Of a stretch of DNA of 64,000 nucleotides, positions 14,190-31,170 are shown one piece after another; position 1 is the stretch's first letter, and each line of letters opens with the position of its first letter. This stretch comes from the human T2T-CHM13v2.0 reference genome, Homo sapiens. The position numbers and the translations under genes are program-made. The DNA is taken from NCBI RefSeq assembly GCF_009914755.1, contig NC_060936.1. The stretch is one strand, 5' to 3'. The notes beneath the pieces were generated by a model. It saw only the letters and a program-made list of their open reading frames with translations. It had not been told where the DNA came from and searched no databases.

Positions 14190-16020
14190 TATAGGGTCTT
14201 TTTAATTTGTTCATGCTTAAAAGTTAGAATAGTTTTGAATAGATAATACAGCCATATGGTCCAACAATCAAAATGCTTTAAAAGGTACTCATTGAGAAGT
14301 CCTGGTCTCACCTCCAACTTCCCCCTGCAACACTCTACCCCAGCTTCCTAGTATTAACACTTTTGTTACTTACACGTTCTTCGAGTATTTCCTCATGCAA
14401 ATGAAAAATTCAAATATATGTTCCTTTTTTTTTTTTTTTTTGAGACAGAGTCTCGCTCTGTCACAGGCTGGAATGCAGTGGTGCCATCTCGGCTCACTGC
14501 AGCCTCTACCTCTGAGGTTCAAGTGATTCTCCTGTCTCATCCTCCTGAGTAGCTAGGATTACAGGCATGCACCACCATGCCTGGCTAATTTTTGTGTTTT
14601 TGTAGAGGCAAGGTCTTGCCGTGTTGGTTAGGCTGGTCTCGAATTCCTTACCTCAAGTGATCCACTGGCCTTGGCCTCCCAAAGTGCTGGAATTACAGGC
14701 ATGAGCCACCATGCCCAGCCATTTGTTACCTTTTTAACACAAAAAAGTGGCATACTATATGCACTGTGCTGTGACTTGCTTTTTTCACTTAATAATAAAA
14801 ACCAGAATGTTCCATATCAGTAAGAACATAGAAAGCGTCCTCATTCTTTTTTGGTTTTCATCTTTAAAAAAAAATACTTGCATAGTATCCCATTGTGAGG
14901 ATGCATTCTAATTTAGTTACCCAGATGAACACCTGGGCTGTTTCCAAACTTTTGCTGCTACAGACAAGCTGCAACAAATAACCTTGTGTATGCATCGTTT
15001 CGGATGTGTCCAGGTAAAGCTGTAGGATCAGTTCACAGACCTGGGGCTGCTGGATAAAGGGTACGTGGGATTTCAGTAGATTCTGCCAAATGACCTTCCA
15101 TACAGGGAAGCCCTGGGTTTTGTTTGTTTTGTTGTTTTGTTTTGTTTTGTTTTTGTTTTTGAGAGAGGGTCTTGCTCTGTTACCCAGGCTGGAGTGCAGT
15201 GGTGTAATCGTGGCTCACTGCAGCCTCAACCTCCCAGGCTCAGGTGATGGCTCCTACCTCAGCCTTCTGAATAGCTGGGAGTACAGGTGTGCACCACCAT
15301 GCCTGGCTAATTTTTTTATAGAGATGGGGTTTTACCATGTTGCTAAGGCTGGTTGAACTCCTGAGCTCAAGCAATTTGCCCACCTTGGCCTCCCAAAGTG
15401 CTGAAATTACAGGCATGAGCCACCATGCCCAGTCTTTCCAGCTAATTTTTTAAATTTTTTGTAGAGACGGGGTCTCACTATGACCCTCCGGCCTCAGCCT
15501 CCCAAAGTGTTGGGATTATAGGTGTGAGCCACTGTCTGGCCAGGAGGCACGGTTCGCTCTCCCCCTGCAAGGTCGGAGGGTGCCTGTTTCTCATAGCTTC
15601 ACAGCAGAGTTGTGCGGTTGTGATTTGGATTTTTGCCAATCTGATAAGTAAGAAATGCCATCTTGGTGTAATTTCTATGTTTATTGATTAAAACTGACCA
15701 TCTTTCCACCTTTTAAGAGCATTTGTGTTTTTTCCATGAACTGTGTGTCATGTGCATGCCTATTTTTTCTTTTGGTTCTTGGTCTTTTTCCTGCTATTTT
15801 TTTGGGAGCTCTTTTCTATGGTGGGCAGATGAGACCATTGTCTGTGGAATGATTGCAGTTTTCCTGAGTGAGTCATTATCTTTGTACTCATGTTGTGGTT
15901 TTTGTTTCCCTCACATAGAAATTTTGGATTTTTTATATAGTAAAATTTATCAATCTTTTCTTTTATGGCTTTGTGATTTTGTATCAAAGTTAGACAGCCT
16001 CTTTCTCGCTCCAAGATTAT
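14190..16020 (-). mobile_element. Old L1M 3' end fragment with Alus at 14425-14720, 15118-15433 and 15436-15541 (all antisense)
   Basis: L1 3' motifs ttgctttttcacttaat, gtttccaaacttttgctgctac, tttttgccaatctgata; Alu dimers or fragment inside. Confidence 0.7.
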
Positions 16021-17076
16021 GAAGGAATTCACCCAGAGGAGGCGAGAGGAAGCAGGTGTGGGCCCCTCACAGCAAATGCTGCCAACATCACAGTTTTGTT
16101 TGGGATTTAGCCACGTTCCCACGGGGAGAAGGGTTTGCTGCCAGAGGCTGATGCCCACTGCCAAAGGCCTGGGTGCCAGTCACCCTGCTCATCAGCTGGT
16201 GCCCTTTGCAGGGGCTGGAAACGAGGCAAATGAGGGGAAATGAAACGTTTGGCAGCCCCATGTTCCCAACAGGTGAGTTCTGGCCAGGTGCAGCCAGGTC
16301 AGTATAATGAAAGGAAATAGAATTAGAACTTTGAAGTGAAATTTGAGACTCACATAAACTTGAACCTTTCCTGGGATTTGAAAAGAAGTAATTAATTTAG
16401 AAATGTGTTTCCTCAATATTAAACTCTGCCACACTGACTCCAGGCAGGAAATATTCTGGAATAGATTCCCAAATGTGAATTCATTTGACATGGAGGCAGA
16501 AAGGAAATGATGAGGCAGATAATAACTTCTCTAAAATCTTCAGTCCAGTACTATGAGTTTGAAGACAGAATGAGGCTTATAAATGTTTGGGTCTGGGGAG
16601 GTTTTGACATCAACTAGCCTGGGTCCTTGTCTTTGCTCTGCCACTCACTATGTGACCTCAGACAAATTCCTTCACTTCTCTGAGCCTTAGTTTCTTCCTC
16701 TGTAAACGGGGATAATACTAATCATTAGGCCTAACATTGATTAAGCACTAAGGCACTGCATTTGATGTTTCACATGCATTAAACTGTTCACTGTCTAGGG
16801 CAGCTGTGAAAACTAAATGCCATACCATGAAGAGCTTTGCACAGTGCCTGGCACAATATGAGTCCTCAATAAACATTCCCCGATGGTACTGCTGTTTTGT
16901 ATGCTTACTGAAATCAGATGGGAAGGCTCCACTTTTAATTGTGGTGTCATTTTATTCATTCACTCATTCCACAAGTGCTTCCTCCGACCCTACCACATGT
17001 GGGTGCTGGAGACAACGGTGAGCAAGGTCTGCACCCTGCAGAGCTTACAAGCTAACAAGGCAGACCCAGTGGTCAG

Positions 17077-17442
17077 TGCTGCAGACTGAATGTCTGTATC
17101 CCCCCAAATTCATATGTTGAAACTCTAACCCCCTATGTGATGGTATTTGGAGATGAGGCTTTGGGGAAGGGTTAGGTCATGAAGGCTCAGCCCTTGTGAA
17201 TGGGATTAGTGTCTCCTTATAAAAGAGGCCCCAGAGAGCTCCCTCACCCCTTCTGCCATGTGTGAACACAGGGCAAGAAGACAGCTGTCTTTGAACCAGG
17301 AAGCAGACCCTCACCAGACACCAAATCACTGGTGCCTTCATCTTGAACTTCCAAGCCTCCAAAACTGTGAGAAATCAATTTCTGTGTCTAAAAACCACCC
17401 AGTCTGTGGTATTTTGTTACAGCAGCCTGAATGGATTAAAAT
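17077..17442 (+). mobile_element. MaLR LTR (MLT1A/MST-like)
   Basis: tgctgcagactgaatgtctgtatccccccaaattcatatgttgaa...cccagtctgtggtattttgttacagcagcc. Confidence 0.8.
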
Positions 17443-18324
17443 GATCCATGGGCAGCGACCACACTCTGCCATGGGGACTTTGCTGGGGAGCAGTCAGGGT
17501 GCTGAGGCAGCACAGAGTGAATAACCCTGTCCCTGCTGCAGGGCTTGCCAAACCTCAGGCACATGGTCCCTCTGGAGGAGCAATAACCATTATAGGAGCA
17601 GGGAACACTTAGATAGCAAGTCCTTTGAACCGGAAGTGGTTCAATTAATACTCATGACAGCTGTATGTGCTTGGTACTATTATTATCCCTATTTTACAGA
17701 TAATGAAACTGAGGAACCAAAATGTTGTTCAAGGTCACGTGGCTAATAAGTAGTGGAGCTGGGATTTGAGCCTGGAAATTTGGCCCCAGAGTTTATGTCA
17801 GGAGGTAGATGCAGAGAGGAGAGCAGAGATGCTCACCACTGCAAACTGGACTGAGACCTCTGCACCGTGTTAGGAATCATAACTGCCAAGTGGGAGCAGA
17901 ACGGAGTGGCAAGAAGACCAGGCGCTGGGGCAGCATCTTGGCAGGAGTTTTTTTTTTAAAGCAGACCACTGCTCTCCAGCCTTGGCAGGACCATCAGCGG
18001 GGCACTGCAGGTGTGCCTGCGAATGGCTCCAGGAATCCTGCTGGCCTAAAATGATACTTTACAGGATGAATCTTGTTTGGTTCAAGGCATGTCTCCCAGT
18101 GAAAACGAAAAGGCATTTGGCAGGACCAGTTCCTAAAGTCTCTATCAACTATGGCTATTTACCTAAAATGTGTTCTCCTACTCTCTACTCTCTTCTCCTA
18201 GGTAAGGTTGCTGCTCCTCCTCAGATGCCCAAGCCAGGCTCACACCCCACACTTGGTGCTGCTATAGCATCCTGGACCTGCATTTCACAGCTCTTGCCTA
18301 GGACTTAATTTTAAAGTTTGGGGT

Positions 18325-18563
18325 TTCTTTTTGTTTTGTTTTGTTTTAATTTTACTTTACTTTTGAAATGGGGTCTTGCCATGTTGCCCAGGCTGGTCTG
18401 GAGCTCCTGGGCTTAAGTGATCCTCCCAGCTCAGCCTCCTGAGTAGCTGGGACTACAAGTGCATGCCACCGTATCTGGCACTACAGGTGCATGCCACCGT
18501 ATCTGGCACTACAGGTGCACGCCACCGTATCTGGCACTACAGGTGCATGCCACCGTATCTGGC
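18325..18563 (-). mobile_element. Alu monomer (FLAM/AluJ-like) containing a 4 x 28-bp tandem repeat
   Basis: gggtcttgccatgttgcccaggctggtc... then ACTACAGGTGCATGCCACCGTATCTGGC x4 (18452-18563). Confidence 0.8.
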
Positions 18564-20984
18564 TTGGACTTACATTTAATTGGCTGATAATTTATGGCCT
18601 CAAGAGAGCAGTGACTACGTCTGTTTTTTCTTACCCTTTAGCACCTGTCATGGGACTGGAATGTAGCAGACGCTCAATAAATATCTGATGAATGAGTAAA
18701 TAAATAGCCAGCACTTCAGGAGAACTGAGATAGAGAGCCATCAAATAGGAGGGTCAGGCCTGGGTGTGACACACCTCCTACTTTAGAAGAAAAGGGCTTG
18801 GGCATTCAGACCCTGGGCACAAAGTCACCAGTGATCTAAGGAAAGGAGCCAGCAGAGGTGGACAGCACCTGTTTGCTGACTGAGCTGGAGGGCCCACATT
18901 GGCTTTGGGGTAGACCAGTTCTCTTCTAAACACTATCAGTAGCCACTGGATTGCTGAGCACCTAGTGAGGTCCTGTTTCCATTCACCAGCTACATGGCCT
19001 CATGCAATTATTCACCCTCACCAAAGATCTGTTTCCTTATTTATAAAATGGGGATATAAAACTTCTTCATAGCAATATTTGGAGGAATAAAATGAGGTAG
19101 CATATGAAAAGTGATGTGTAGTGCCTGGCTTAAGTACTTGACCAATGAATGCTATTATTAGTATGGCATTTTTAAAAACTGTATCTAGTTCTTAACATAT
19201 TATATTTAATCCTCAAAACATCCTTGTGACAGAAGTTATGATTCACATTTTTTTAGATAAGGGCCTTCAGGCTTGGATGAGTCAAGTTGCTGCTCAAAGT
19301 CCACACAGTTGGGGGCAATGCTGGAATTTAAACCCATGCCTGCCTGTCCTCAAAGCCAAGTTATTTTTATTCACTGATACTCAGAAATGGGGCCATAACA
19401 AAGTTTAGTTGGGAAAAAAACCTGATATAACAAAGGCAGTATTGCTTGAGTGGGAGACACTGCGATGGAATCCCAGAACAGGGAGCTTCCCTGGCTCCAC
19501 CAATGGGACCACATGCATCTTCCCTGGGCCCCAGGTCCCAGTTCCTTGCCTTTGCTCCTGCTGCTTCTGCCTCTTGGAGTACCCTCTCCCTTGGTGGCCT
19601 CCTCCCAGAGTCTGACAGGTCCTCTTCAAAATGAACAGGGCAGGTTACAAACTAGGATGGACTGTATGACCCTCACATGTTTTAAGTGTAGATATGCATG
19701 TGCTTGTGTGTGAAAGAACCCTGATAAAAGATGAGGCAAATAGGATAAAAAGATAACAGTTGTTCCCTCTGTTGAGAGGAGCTTGGATTCTCAGATATTT
19801 TCTCCATACTTTCTTAATTTTAAAAAGATGAACATGCATTACTTTTGTGAATATAAAGCAACGTTATTTTTTAAAAACCTCAACCATCCCTTCAGGGCTC
19901 AGCTCAAGTGCCGTCTCCTATATGGAGCTGTGACGTCCCCTGGTGTGTGTTTGCCTTGTGAGGTCCTTGGTGATGCCATTGTCTTTGCCCCTGTAAATCT
20001 TCCAAAGCAGCAGATCCCAGCAGACAGAATTGCTCCAAAAGCCTCCTGGCCGGCCAGGCACAGCCAAGGGCAACCTTTCCCCGCAGATGGCTGCAGAGGG
20101 TGCTTTTGAACGCTTACCCTCTGTTAAGCTCATTTCACTTAATCCTCCCAACAACCTTTTGAGGTAGGGATTATTATTATCCTCCATTTAGAGATGACTG
20201 TCTTAAGACTTAAACGGGATAATTAGATTGTTAAACATCACATCACGTTCCATACTCACCTGGATCCACTCTGCCACACCCAGCAGAGACCCGTGCTGCA
20301 GCCACCTTGCTTCTGGGAAAGTGACATAATCTGTCAGGTCCCCTTGTCTTTATCTGCTCTCACCTTCTCCACCCTACTCCTCACTTCCATCCCACCTTCC
20401 CCCCATCTGGTGCCCATCTCTGGCTCACTCCAGGACACAGCTCACCTATCACTTCTTCCAGGGAGTCTTCTCTGACAAGCTCTGCTTTTTCATGTAGTCT
20501 GGGTTGGCCGACTCCTCTGTGCCTACCTGTATCACAGCACTTACCACTTCTTGCTGAATTTGTCCTCTCTCTCCTCTGCCTTTCTCTTTTCCCAACCAAA
20601 CTCAAGGGCAAGAGTTTAATTTCTTTCTCCCCAGTGCCTAGTTGGCACAAATAAGATATTCAATAAATATTTGTTGAACAAATTAATAGGATTCTTATAA
20701 TTGCCATAGAAGATGACCATTTTACAAATGAGGAAAAATGAAGCTCAAGTAAGTTGAGTGATTTGCTCAGTTCTGGCCAGTAAGTGTTAGGATTATTCGA
20801 ATCTAGGTCTTTTGACAACCTGTCCAGGTGGACCAAAATGCTGAAATTTAAAGAAACAAAAATGTAAAACCCCGCCAGTTTTAGGGGGAACAAAAATACT
20901 AACAACATGCCAGTGCAAGCTAGGTAGAGGTAGATTTTGGTTGTTTTTCTTGTTTAAAAAAATACAATTGACAATTTGTCATTG

Positions 20985-21274
20985 TTGTTTGTTTTTGAGA
21001 CAGGGTTTCACTCCTGTCACACAGGCTGGAGTGTAGTGGCGTGATCTCTTTGCAACCTCCGCCTCCCAGGCTCAAGAGACTCTTGTGCCTTAGCCACCCG
21101 AGTAGCTGGGATTACAGGTGTGCGCCACGATGCCCAGCTAATTTTTGTATTTTTAGTAGAGACAGGGTTTCACTGTGTTGGGCAGGCTGGTCTCAAACTC
21201 CTGGCCTCAAGTGATCTGCCCCCCTCCGCCTCCCAAAGTGCTAGGATTACAGGGGTGAGCTACCATGCCCGGTC
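20985..21274 (-). mobile_element. Alu (J/S)
   Basis: Full dimer. Confidence 0.88.
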
Positions 21275-21818
21275 CCATGTTTTTCATATAGCCTTTTCTT
21301 TCCTTTCAATTATTTGCTCAGTATTATAATTTCTAGAAGTTGGGTTGTGAGGACAAGCAGCTGAACATTTTAGATGTCCCTCAGTATTACTGCCAAACTG
21401 CATACTAAAAACATTAACACTACCTTCAGGTATAAAGAACTCTGAGAGTGTCAATTTCACCATGTATACACCAGCATCAAAAATTGTCATTATTTAAATT
21501 TGCTTTTCCCTCAGAGATATAAGGAGTGCCTCATTATTTGTTTCCTTTTCACTTCTTTGTGAACAACAGAGGTTGAGTATTGTTCTATGTGTTTAGGGGT
21601 TCACTTACCCACATTCTTGTGAGACCCACATGTTCATGTCTTTATTGTGCTGTTCTTTAAGACTGGAGAAGGCACACTTAAGTATTTAAATACTAAGTGG
21701 AAGGCACTATGCTAGGTCCTGCAGGAGGTAATGCAGATGACTGAGATACCACCCCTGCCTTCTCACTGAGTTTATGCTTGAGCAGAAGGGATGGATGTAT
21801 ACAGAAATAATGCTCCAG

Positions 21819-22115
<297 letters not shown>

Positions 22116-22344
22116 CTAACAGGCAAATAATGTGTTATAGAAGCACAGAGTTAGGATCAATGATTGATTCCTGACTAAGAGAGTATCAAGGAAGGCTTCA
22201 AAGAGTTGGTGGCATTTATTCCAGGCTGGAAAGGATGAGAAACATCTATTTAGAAGAACTCCAGGTTGACAAAGCATCATGAACAAGTGTTGAGTCTACG
22301 ATGTATTTTACATTCCGTTCCTGAGAACATTTAGCATTAGTGTG

Positions 22345-22950
22345 GTTTGGGTTCTAACTACCAGTTAGAATGGTTTTGGTGGCAGGGAAGAGAATACCCA
22401 ATGAAAGGAGGTTTTATCAACTGAAGAAACTGTGCTATCTCATAGAACAGGAGGCAGCCATTGTTTGGGTTGGTTCAACAGAGGCACCACATGTGACAAT
22501 CAGAGCCCCCAGGCTTTCCCTTTTTTTCTCTGCCTTCCTAGGTGTTGACTTTGTCCTCAGATTGCGTTTTTCCCCATCCCAAGTTTGCTGCTTTCATCTA
22601 GTTATTGTGTCATCTCATAGCCACATTCAAAAGTAGAACAGGCCAGAATCTCTCACTCCTTCAATTTTATTAGGGAAAAATACTTTTCCCAGAAGCCCCG
22701 AGAGAGAGTGTCTCCTGAAATGTGATCGGCCCGCATCATGTTACATGCTCCACCTAATCCAATCAGTGGCTAGATGACATAAAATTAATTACCATGATTG
22801 TTGTAAATGAATCAACATTCACCTTTCTAGGATTTGAAAGGGGGTCATTCTCCTTGAACACACAATCCCCTCTAAACTGGCGTTCTACAAATAAGGAAGA
22901 AGGTGGGTACATGTAGGTTTTGATTAAGCAACAACAGTATCTGCCACAGT
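22345..22950 (-). mobile_element. Old MaLR LTR (MLT1K/L-like)
   Basis: ttcccagaagcccc...ttacatgctccacctaatccaatcagtggc...attaccatgattg. Confidence 0.55.
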
Positions 22951-22969
22951 GCTTACAAGCAGACATTTA

Positions 22970-23448
22970 AATCAGAATTACACCAATATTGATAAATTTT
23001 CATCAAGAAGATATTTTCTAGATTCAGCTTTGATGAGCTAATTTAATTTTAGAAAAATTTTTCTATACATCATATGACATTTTCATTTTTTTATTTTCAT
23101 TTTTGTTTTATTTAAACTATTTTCATAGATACCAATTCTTTTCCATATAAATTTTATGCCACAGATTGATTTCATTGATCTTTTTAATGTCTATATTAAA
23201 TTTTATTGATAATATTTGTAGGCTTTGACATTATTAGTTTTCTTCTTGAGATTGTTATTTATCCTAATTATCTTGGGCCAAATTTTGTGGGTCAGGGAAT
23301 TTTATGTTGACTGTTCCTATCAATAATCTTTATTAGGAATTGGATAAGAGACTGATTATATGTATTTCTCAGTAAATCCATGATGAAATTGTGACAAATT
23401 CTTTTTAGATATGCTAAAAATTAATCTGTTATTCAGATTGTGGTATTG
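22970..23448 (-). mobile_element. Decayed hAT (Charlie-like) transposase-coding remnant
   Basis: Minus strand ~22980-23068 translates, with a frameshift and a stop, to EKFF..KLN*LIKAESRKYLLDENLSIL, resembling the hAT C-terminal dimerisation motif. Confidence 0.4.
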
Positions 23449-24122
<674 letters not shown>

Positions 24123-24214
24123 CTCCATTGCATTGCTAACCTGATTCTTCTGAACACTTTCCCTCCCCACATTAAGGCTCTGCTTCATTGGGGTTACAAA
24201 GAACAAATGGTGAA

Positions 24215-24632
24215 TAGCTTAGTCTGTTCAGGTTTTCATAACAAAATACCATAAACTGTGTGGGTTATGAACAACAGAGATTTATTTCTCTATTATTTAT
24301 TCTCAACGATTTATTAATTAACAGAGATTCATTCTCCCAGTTCTGGAGGCTGGGAAGTCCAAGATCAAGGCAATAGCAGATTTGGGTGTGGTGAGGGCCC
24401 ACTTTCTGGTTCATAGATGGCTATCTTCTCACTATCTTCTCTGTCTTCTCAGAGGGGAGAAAGTGGTATGGGGGAGCTCTCTGGGGTCTCTTTCATAAAG
24501 ACACTAATTTCATTCATAAGACTCATGACTGATCACTTCCTAAAGGCCCCACCTTCAAATATCATCATCATCTGGGGGATTAGGTTTCAACACACAAATT
24601 TTGGGAGGGTCACAAATATTCAGTCCATAGCA
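24215..24632 (-). mobile_element. MaLR LTR (MLT1A/B-like)
   Basis: ttctggaggctgggaagtccaagatcaagg...atattcagtccatagca. Confidence 0.8.
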
Positions 24633-24993
24633 GTGACTGAGGTCCCTATGTTTTTAGGGTTGAAATTGTAGTCTGTCCTGCTTCAGTTAGGAAAATATTA
24701 AGTGGATGAGTGTGATCACATTGCTCAGTGATAAAGGGAAATGCTCTTTAAACTCTAACACATTGTGTCAAATAAAAACAAAATTGACATGAGAGTTTTA
24801 AAATAAAAGTCAATTTCCCCTTTTTAGTATTAAAGTATGATGAGTCTAACATGTTGGAAAAGCCAAAATATTGTTTCAAAGCATCAACATTTCAAAGAAA
24901 CATAGTCTTTTGAAACTTGGGAGAGTCGAGAGGACTTTTACTTTTTCCTACTGTTTCCTACTGAAGTTAGCTTCTTTTTCTTTCCTTTAACAG

Positions 24994-25054
24994 ATGAGGA
25001 AAAAGAAAATAATAGAGCATCCAAGCCCCACTCCACTCCTGCTACTCTGCAATG
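24994..25054 (+). CDS. RFX4: RFX4 coding exon (61 nt, phase 1 to 2): (D)[19 protein letters not shown](W)
   Basis: Acceptor cttctttttctttcctttaacAG|ATGAGG, donor CAATG|GTAAGT. Ends in TG, completed to Trp by the first G of the next exon. Too short for the ORF track. Confidence 0.95.
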
Positions 25055-26440
25055 GTAAGTTTCCATTTTTAGCAAGTTCTGTCTTCAGAGGATGCTCATA
25101 TCTTCTTGTCTATAGGATAGGATATCACTTGGATATTTTAACATTGTCCTGATAACTTGACATTCCACAACATGAAATCTATTTAATTTGCAGTATATGT
25201 AAAATGCTCAACTAGCCTTAGATCTAGCCTGGAGATTGGAATTTTTGTATTTTATTTTAGGGTAGATGTTTTTTCTGTTATCCAAACACTGGCAAGGACT
25301 GGATTCCCCATGGGTATTATTAATTGATTTTAATAGAATCCATTATTACAATTTATAATAAAAACAGAGGTCTGTTGACTCTTACCAATGAACCCTTAAT
25401 TCATAATGAATTACAATTGTATATAATTATTTTAACATTAATAACACTAACAAGAGTAATCTACTAGAATGGCTTTCTCTTTAATATTTGGCATTCCTGG
25501 GCTTGATGAAATATTTAATAATGTTTAAGTGGTTGCACTTGTGTTTGATATTTACAGATAAATTCTCCTCTAAAAGCTTTATTTGGAAATTATGTTGTAG
25601 CTTTGAACACTAGAGCTCTCTATGCCTGAGATTCACCCTATGAAGAATCTTGGCCATTGAAGGCGATTATTCCCCTAGCAGTGCAGCCGAGCAATATGAA
25701 GGAATTAAGGAATGACGGGGAAGGAAAGAGAAATGGGGAAAAGAAAGGAACTAAAATCCATTATATGCACCCCTCCAGGCTAGGCACTTTATATATATGC
25801 CTCATTTCATTCTCACAATTCTGTGGAGTTGCTATTGTTGTGCCCATTTAACTGATGAGGAAAATAAAGCTGAACCAGTTAAACCATTTGCCTGAATAGC
25901 CACACAGCCAATCAGTGGCAGAGGCAGGAAGTGGCTGGGTCTCTTTAACTGCAAAGCTCATGCTTGCGAAGAAAGGAAAAGAAACATCAGGAAGGATAGA
26001 GAAGAGAGGACAGATCAGAAAAGGAAGCAGATGGGCTTTAATGAGCAAATCATATTAGATTCTCTAGTCTAATCCATCCAGAGGTGAGAGGAAAACAACA
26101 CTGGGAGAAAGCATTCAGGAACGTAACTCAATCTTCTCTAACAAGAGCCTCAGCAGTCAGCTTGTTTTGCTTCAAGAATAGCAAAGGTTGTTTTCAAGAG
26201 CTCTATTTCCAGCCTTTTGGCCTCTTTCCATCATTTGTTCCTATAGACTTTTTCTCATTGCATTTGCTGCTTTTTGCTTTATTTAAAATTCTACTTTATG
26301 TATCAGATCAAATCTCCCCCTTCACCCTTCTCTAAGTATTATGGCCATGCAAGTTCCCATAGTGCCAAGACATCGAATGAGGCATCGATGTAAAGGACTC
26401 TGGGAGTGGGAGTTTCTAGACATGCATGGAATTGACAGAC

Positions 26441-26767
<327 letters not shown>

Positions 26768-26869
26768 TGAACATGTCATATGTTTCAGAGTAAAAAATTT
26801 GAAAGGAACTAGAAGAAAATCACTTTGTTCACATCTATTTTTCTGGGATTCCAGGACATCTGCCTGGGA

Positions 26870-27090
26870 GCAGTGAGGCTGTAAATGGTGCAGTCTCTGA
26901 AATCAAACTGTCATGGCTTAACTCCCAACTCTGCCACTTACAAGCTGTGAAGTCTTGGGCAAGGTCCTTAACCTCTCTGTGCTTCAGTCTACTCACCTGT
27001 AAAATGGGGATAGCAATAGTGTCTAGCTCATAGGGTAGTCATGAAGATGAAATGAGTTGTTCTATAGAAGGTGCTTGAACAGCACCTGGC
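26870..27090 (+). mobile_element. MIR (representative). Similar MIR fragments at ~7.7, 8.1-8.7, 10.8, 11.5, 16.6, 17.7, 19.0-19.4, 20.1, 20.7, 25.8, 33.5, 36.9, 39.1, 43.3, 45.3, 46.8, 54.8, 55.6 and 62.6 kb
   Basis: MIR core ctgtgaagtcttgggcaagg..taacctctctgtgcttcagt..cacctgtaaaatgggga. Confidence 0.75.
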
Positions 27091-27590
27091 ATGGGGTGGG
27101 GCTCAGTCCTTCCCTCAGCACACTCCTTCCTTCTGAGACCCACAGGGACCACCTGGAGCAGGCCCCGTCTCCTCCCTGGCATAGGCACAGCCAGTTCTCC
27201 TTCTATGGTACCTAATTCTGCACAAAATATCTGTTTTTCTAAATAAAGGGTCACATAGATCATTCCAGAAGAAATTTCACCCTCCAAGTCACAAGGTCAG
27301 ACAGTGAATTTTTTTTAATGATAAGTCTATTTTCAAAGCCAAACCAAATCTGAGAATTTGTACATATTCGCCTATTCTTATCAAAAGACATCAAGTTGTT
27401 CAAAGAACATTAACGTTTGCTCTAATTATCTTTATATTATATGTTTAAGATAGAATTTCAGTCATTAACTAATTCAATAAATGTTTACTGAGCACCTGGT
27501 ATTTGCTAGCTCCTTGTTCTAGGCTCTGGAAATGCAATGGTGGATAAGGTAGACCAAGAAGAGGAGCTGATGACAGGGGAAAAAGGGGAA

Positions 27591-27683
27591 ATATCTATAT
27601 CTATGTCTATATCTATCTATATCTATATCTATCTATATCTATATCTATATCTATATCTATATCTATATCTATATCTATATCTA
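27591..27683. repeat. (TATATC)n microsatellite at Alu tail
   Basis: About 93 bp of atatct/atct units. Confidence 0.95.
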
Positions 27684-27968
<285 letters not shown>

Positions 27969-27997
27969 TATATATATGTCATTAAACTAATGACACT

Positions 27998-28290
27998 CAG
28001 GGCACAGTGGCTCACGCCTGTAATCCCAGCACTTTGAGAGGCTGAAGTGGGAGGATCGCTTGAAGCCAGGAGCTCAAGACTAGCCTGGGCAATATAGTGA
28101 GACCCTGTCTCTGCAAAAAACAAAAAACTTAGCTGGGCATGGTGGCATAAGCCTGCAGTCTTACCTACTCTGGAGGCTGAGACAGGAGTATCGCTTGAGC
28201 CTTGGAGATCAAGACTGTAGTGGCCTGATTGTGCCACTGTACTCAAGCCTGGGTGACAGAGCAAGACCCTGTCTCTATTTAAAAAAACAA
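27998..28290 (+). mobile_element. AluJ-like
   Basis: gggcacagtggctcacgcc...ggaggatcgcttgaagccagga; TSD aactaatga. Confidence 0.88.
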
Positions 28291-28522
28291 CTAATGATTG
28301 ATAGATAAACAAGTAATGCATTAGATAGTGAGAAGTGCTGTGCAGAGACTTTAGCTTGGCTAATACGATAGTGTCTGAGAGGCTATTTCAGGTTGAGCAG
28401 TAAGGGCAAGTTTCTCTGAGAAGGTGACATTTCAGTGGATACATGTATGACACCATGACAGTGTGAAAACCAGGGACAGGGGAATGTTGCAGGTGGAGAG
28501 AACAGCTTCTACAAAGGCCCCA

Positions 28523-28935
28523 CTGTTGCAGGTGACCTCTCCAGATTGAGCAGAGTTGTGCCTACAGGTGGTTTATTAGGGCATGCGCCCAGCCTCCACG
28601 CCCATAGGGGTGTGAGGGATGCTGGAATAGACAGAGGGGGTGTTAGGCAGTGAAGAGGTTATCACAGAGGCTTCAGCCAATCCTACAGGGAGTTCTGAGG
28701 TGGAGATGGCCAGTTAAAAATGATCTGAATCAAAGCAACGGATCCAGACCTTTATCCCCCAACCCCATTGTCCATCACTGAATACAGGCTGCCCCCAGGG
28801 TGGGGGTGTAACTTGGGAGAGGCGGTTGCCTTCATGTTTTGCTGAGGATCACTCCTTGGAATGATTCAGCCTCCCAGTAGGGGGAACAATGTCTCAGTGC
28901 CTCAGGGCAGTCTGGGCACACTCAGCGTCCACCAC
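28523..28935 (-). mobile_element. ERVL LTR (LTR16-like) inside an L2 remnant
   Basis: ggtttattaggg...cctacagggagttctg...caggctgcccccagggtgggggtgtaacttggg. Confidence 0.5.
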
Positions 28936-29399
28936 TCCTTCCCGGGATGGGAGCAGGCTGAGCTTGCTGAAGGACCCACGAGAAGGTGGCCCATGTGGTT
29001 GGAGCATAGCACACATGGAGGAGAATGACACAAGATGAGGTGGGAGAGGCAGGCAGGGGAGAGGCTACATAAGCAGTAGGGAAAAGAAAGTAGGACATTA
29101 AACTTAGATAGGAACAGTCATGCTTAAAACGGTGTGGAGAACATGTGACCTCCTACGTAAAGCTGCACATGTATCATCTTTTAAAAAATATGGTTTCAGT
29201 ATAAAAACTTTCTCTCTCAAAAGAGAGTGGATGCACCCTCCATTTTACAAGGAAAAGTGACATGATTTACAACGTGTCCCCTTTTTGCTGTGGCTGCCGT
29301 GGGGTTGAGAGCTAAATCTGATGCTTACAGACTTTTGCAATCACTTCTTTCCTTTGTCTAATTTTCTTCTTCTTTTGCTAGCTTAAAAAAAAACCCAGG

Positions 29400-31170
<1,771 letters not shown>

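Noticed and set aside
18452-18563. 28-bp direct repeats as a CRISPR-like array
   Set aside because: No spacers, Alu-derived, eukaryotic context.
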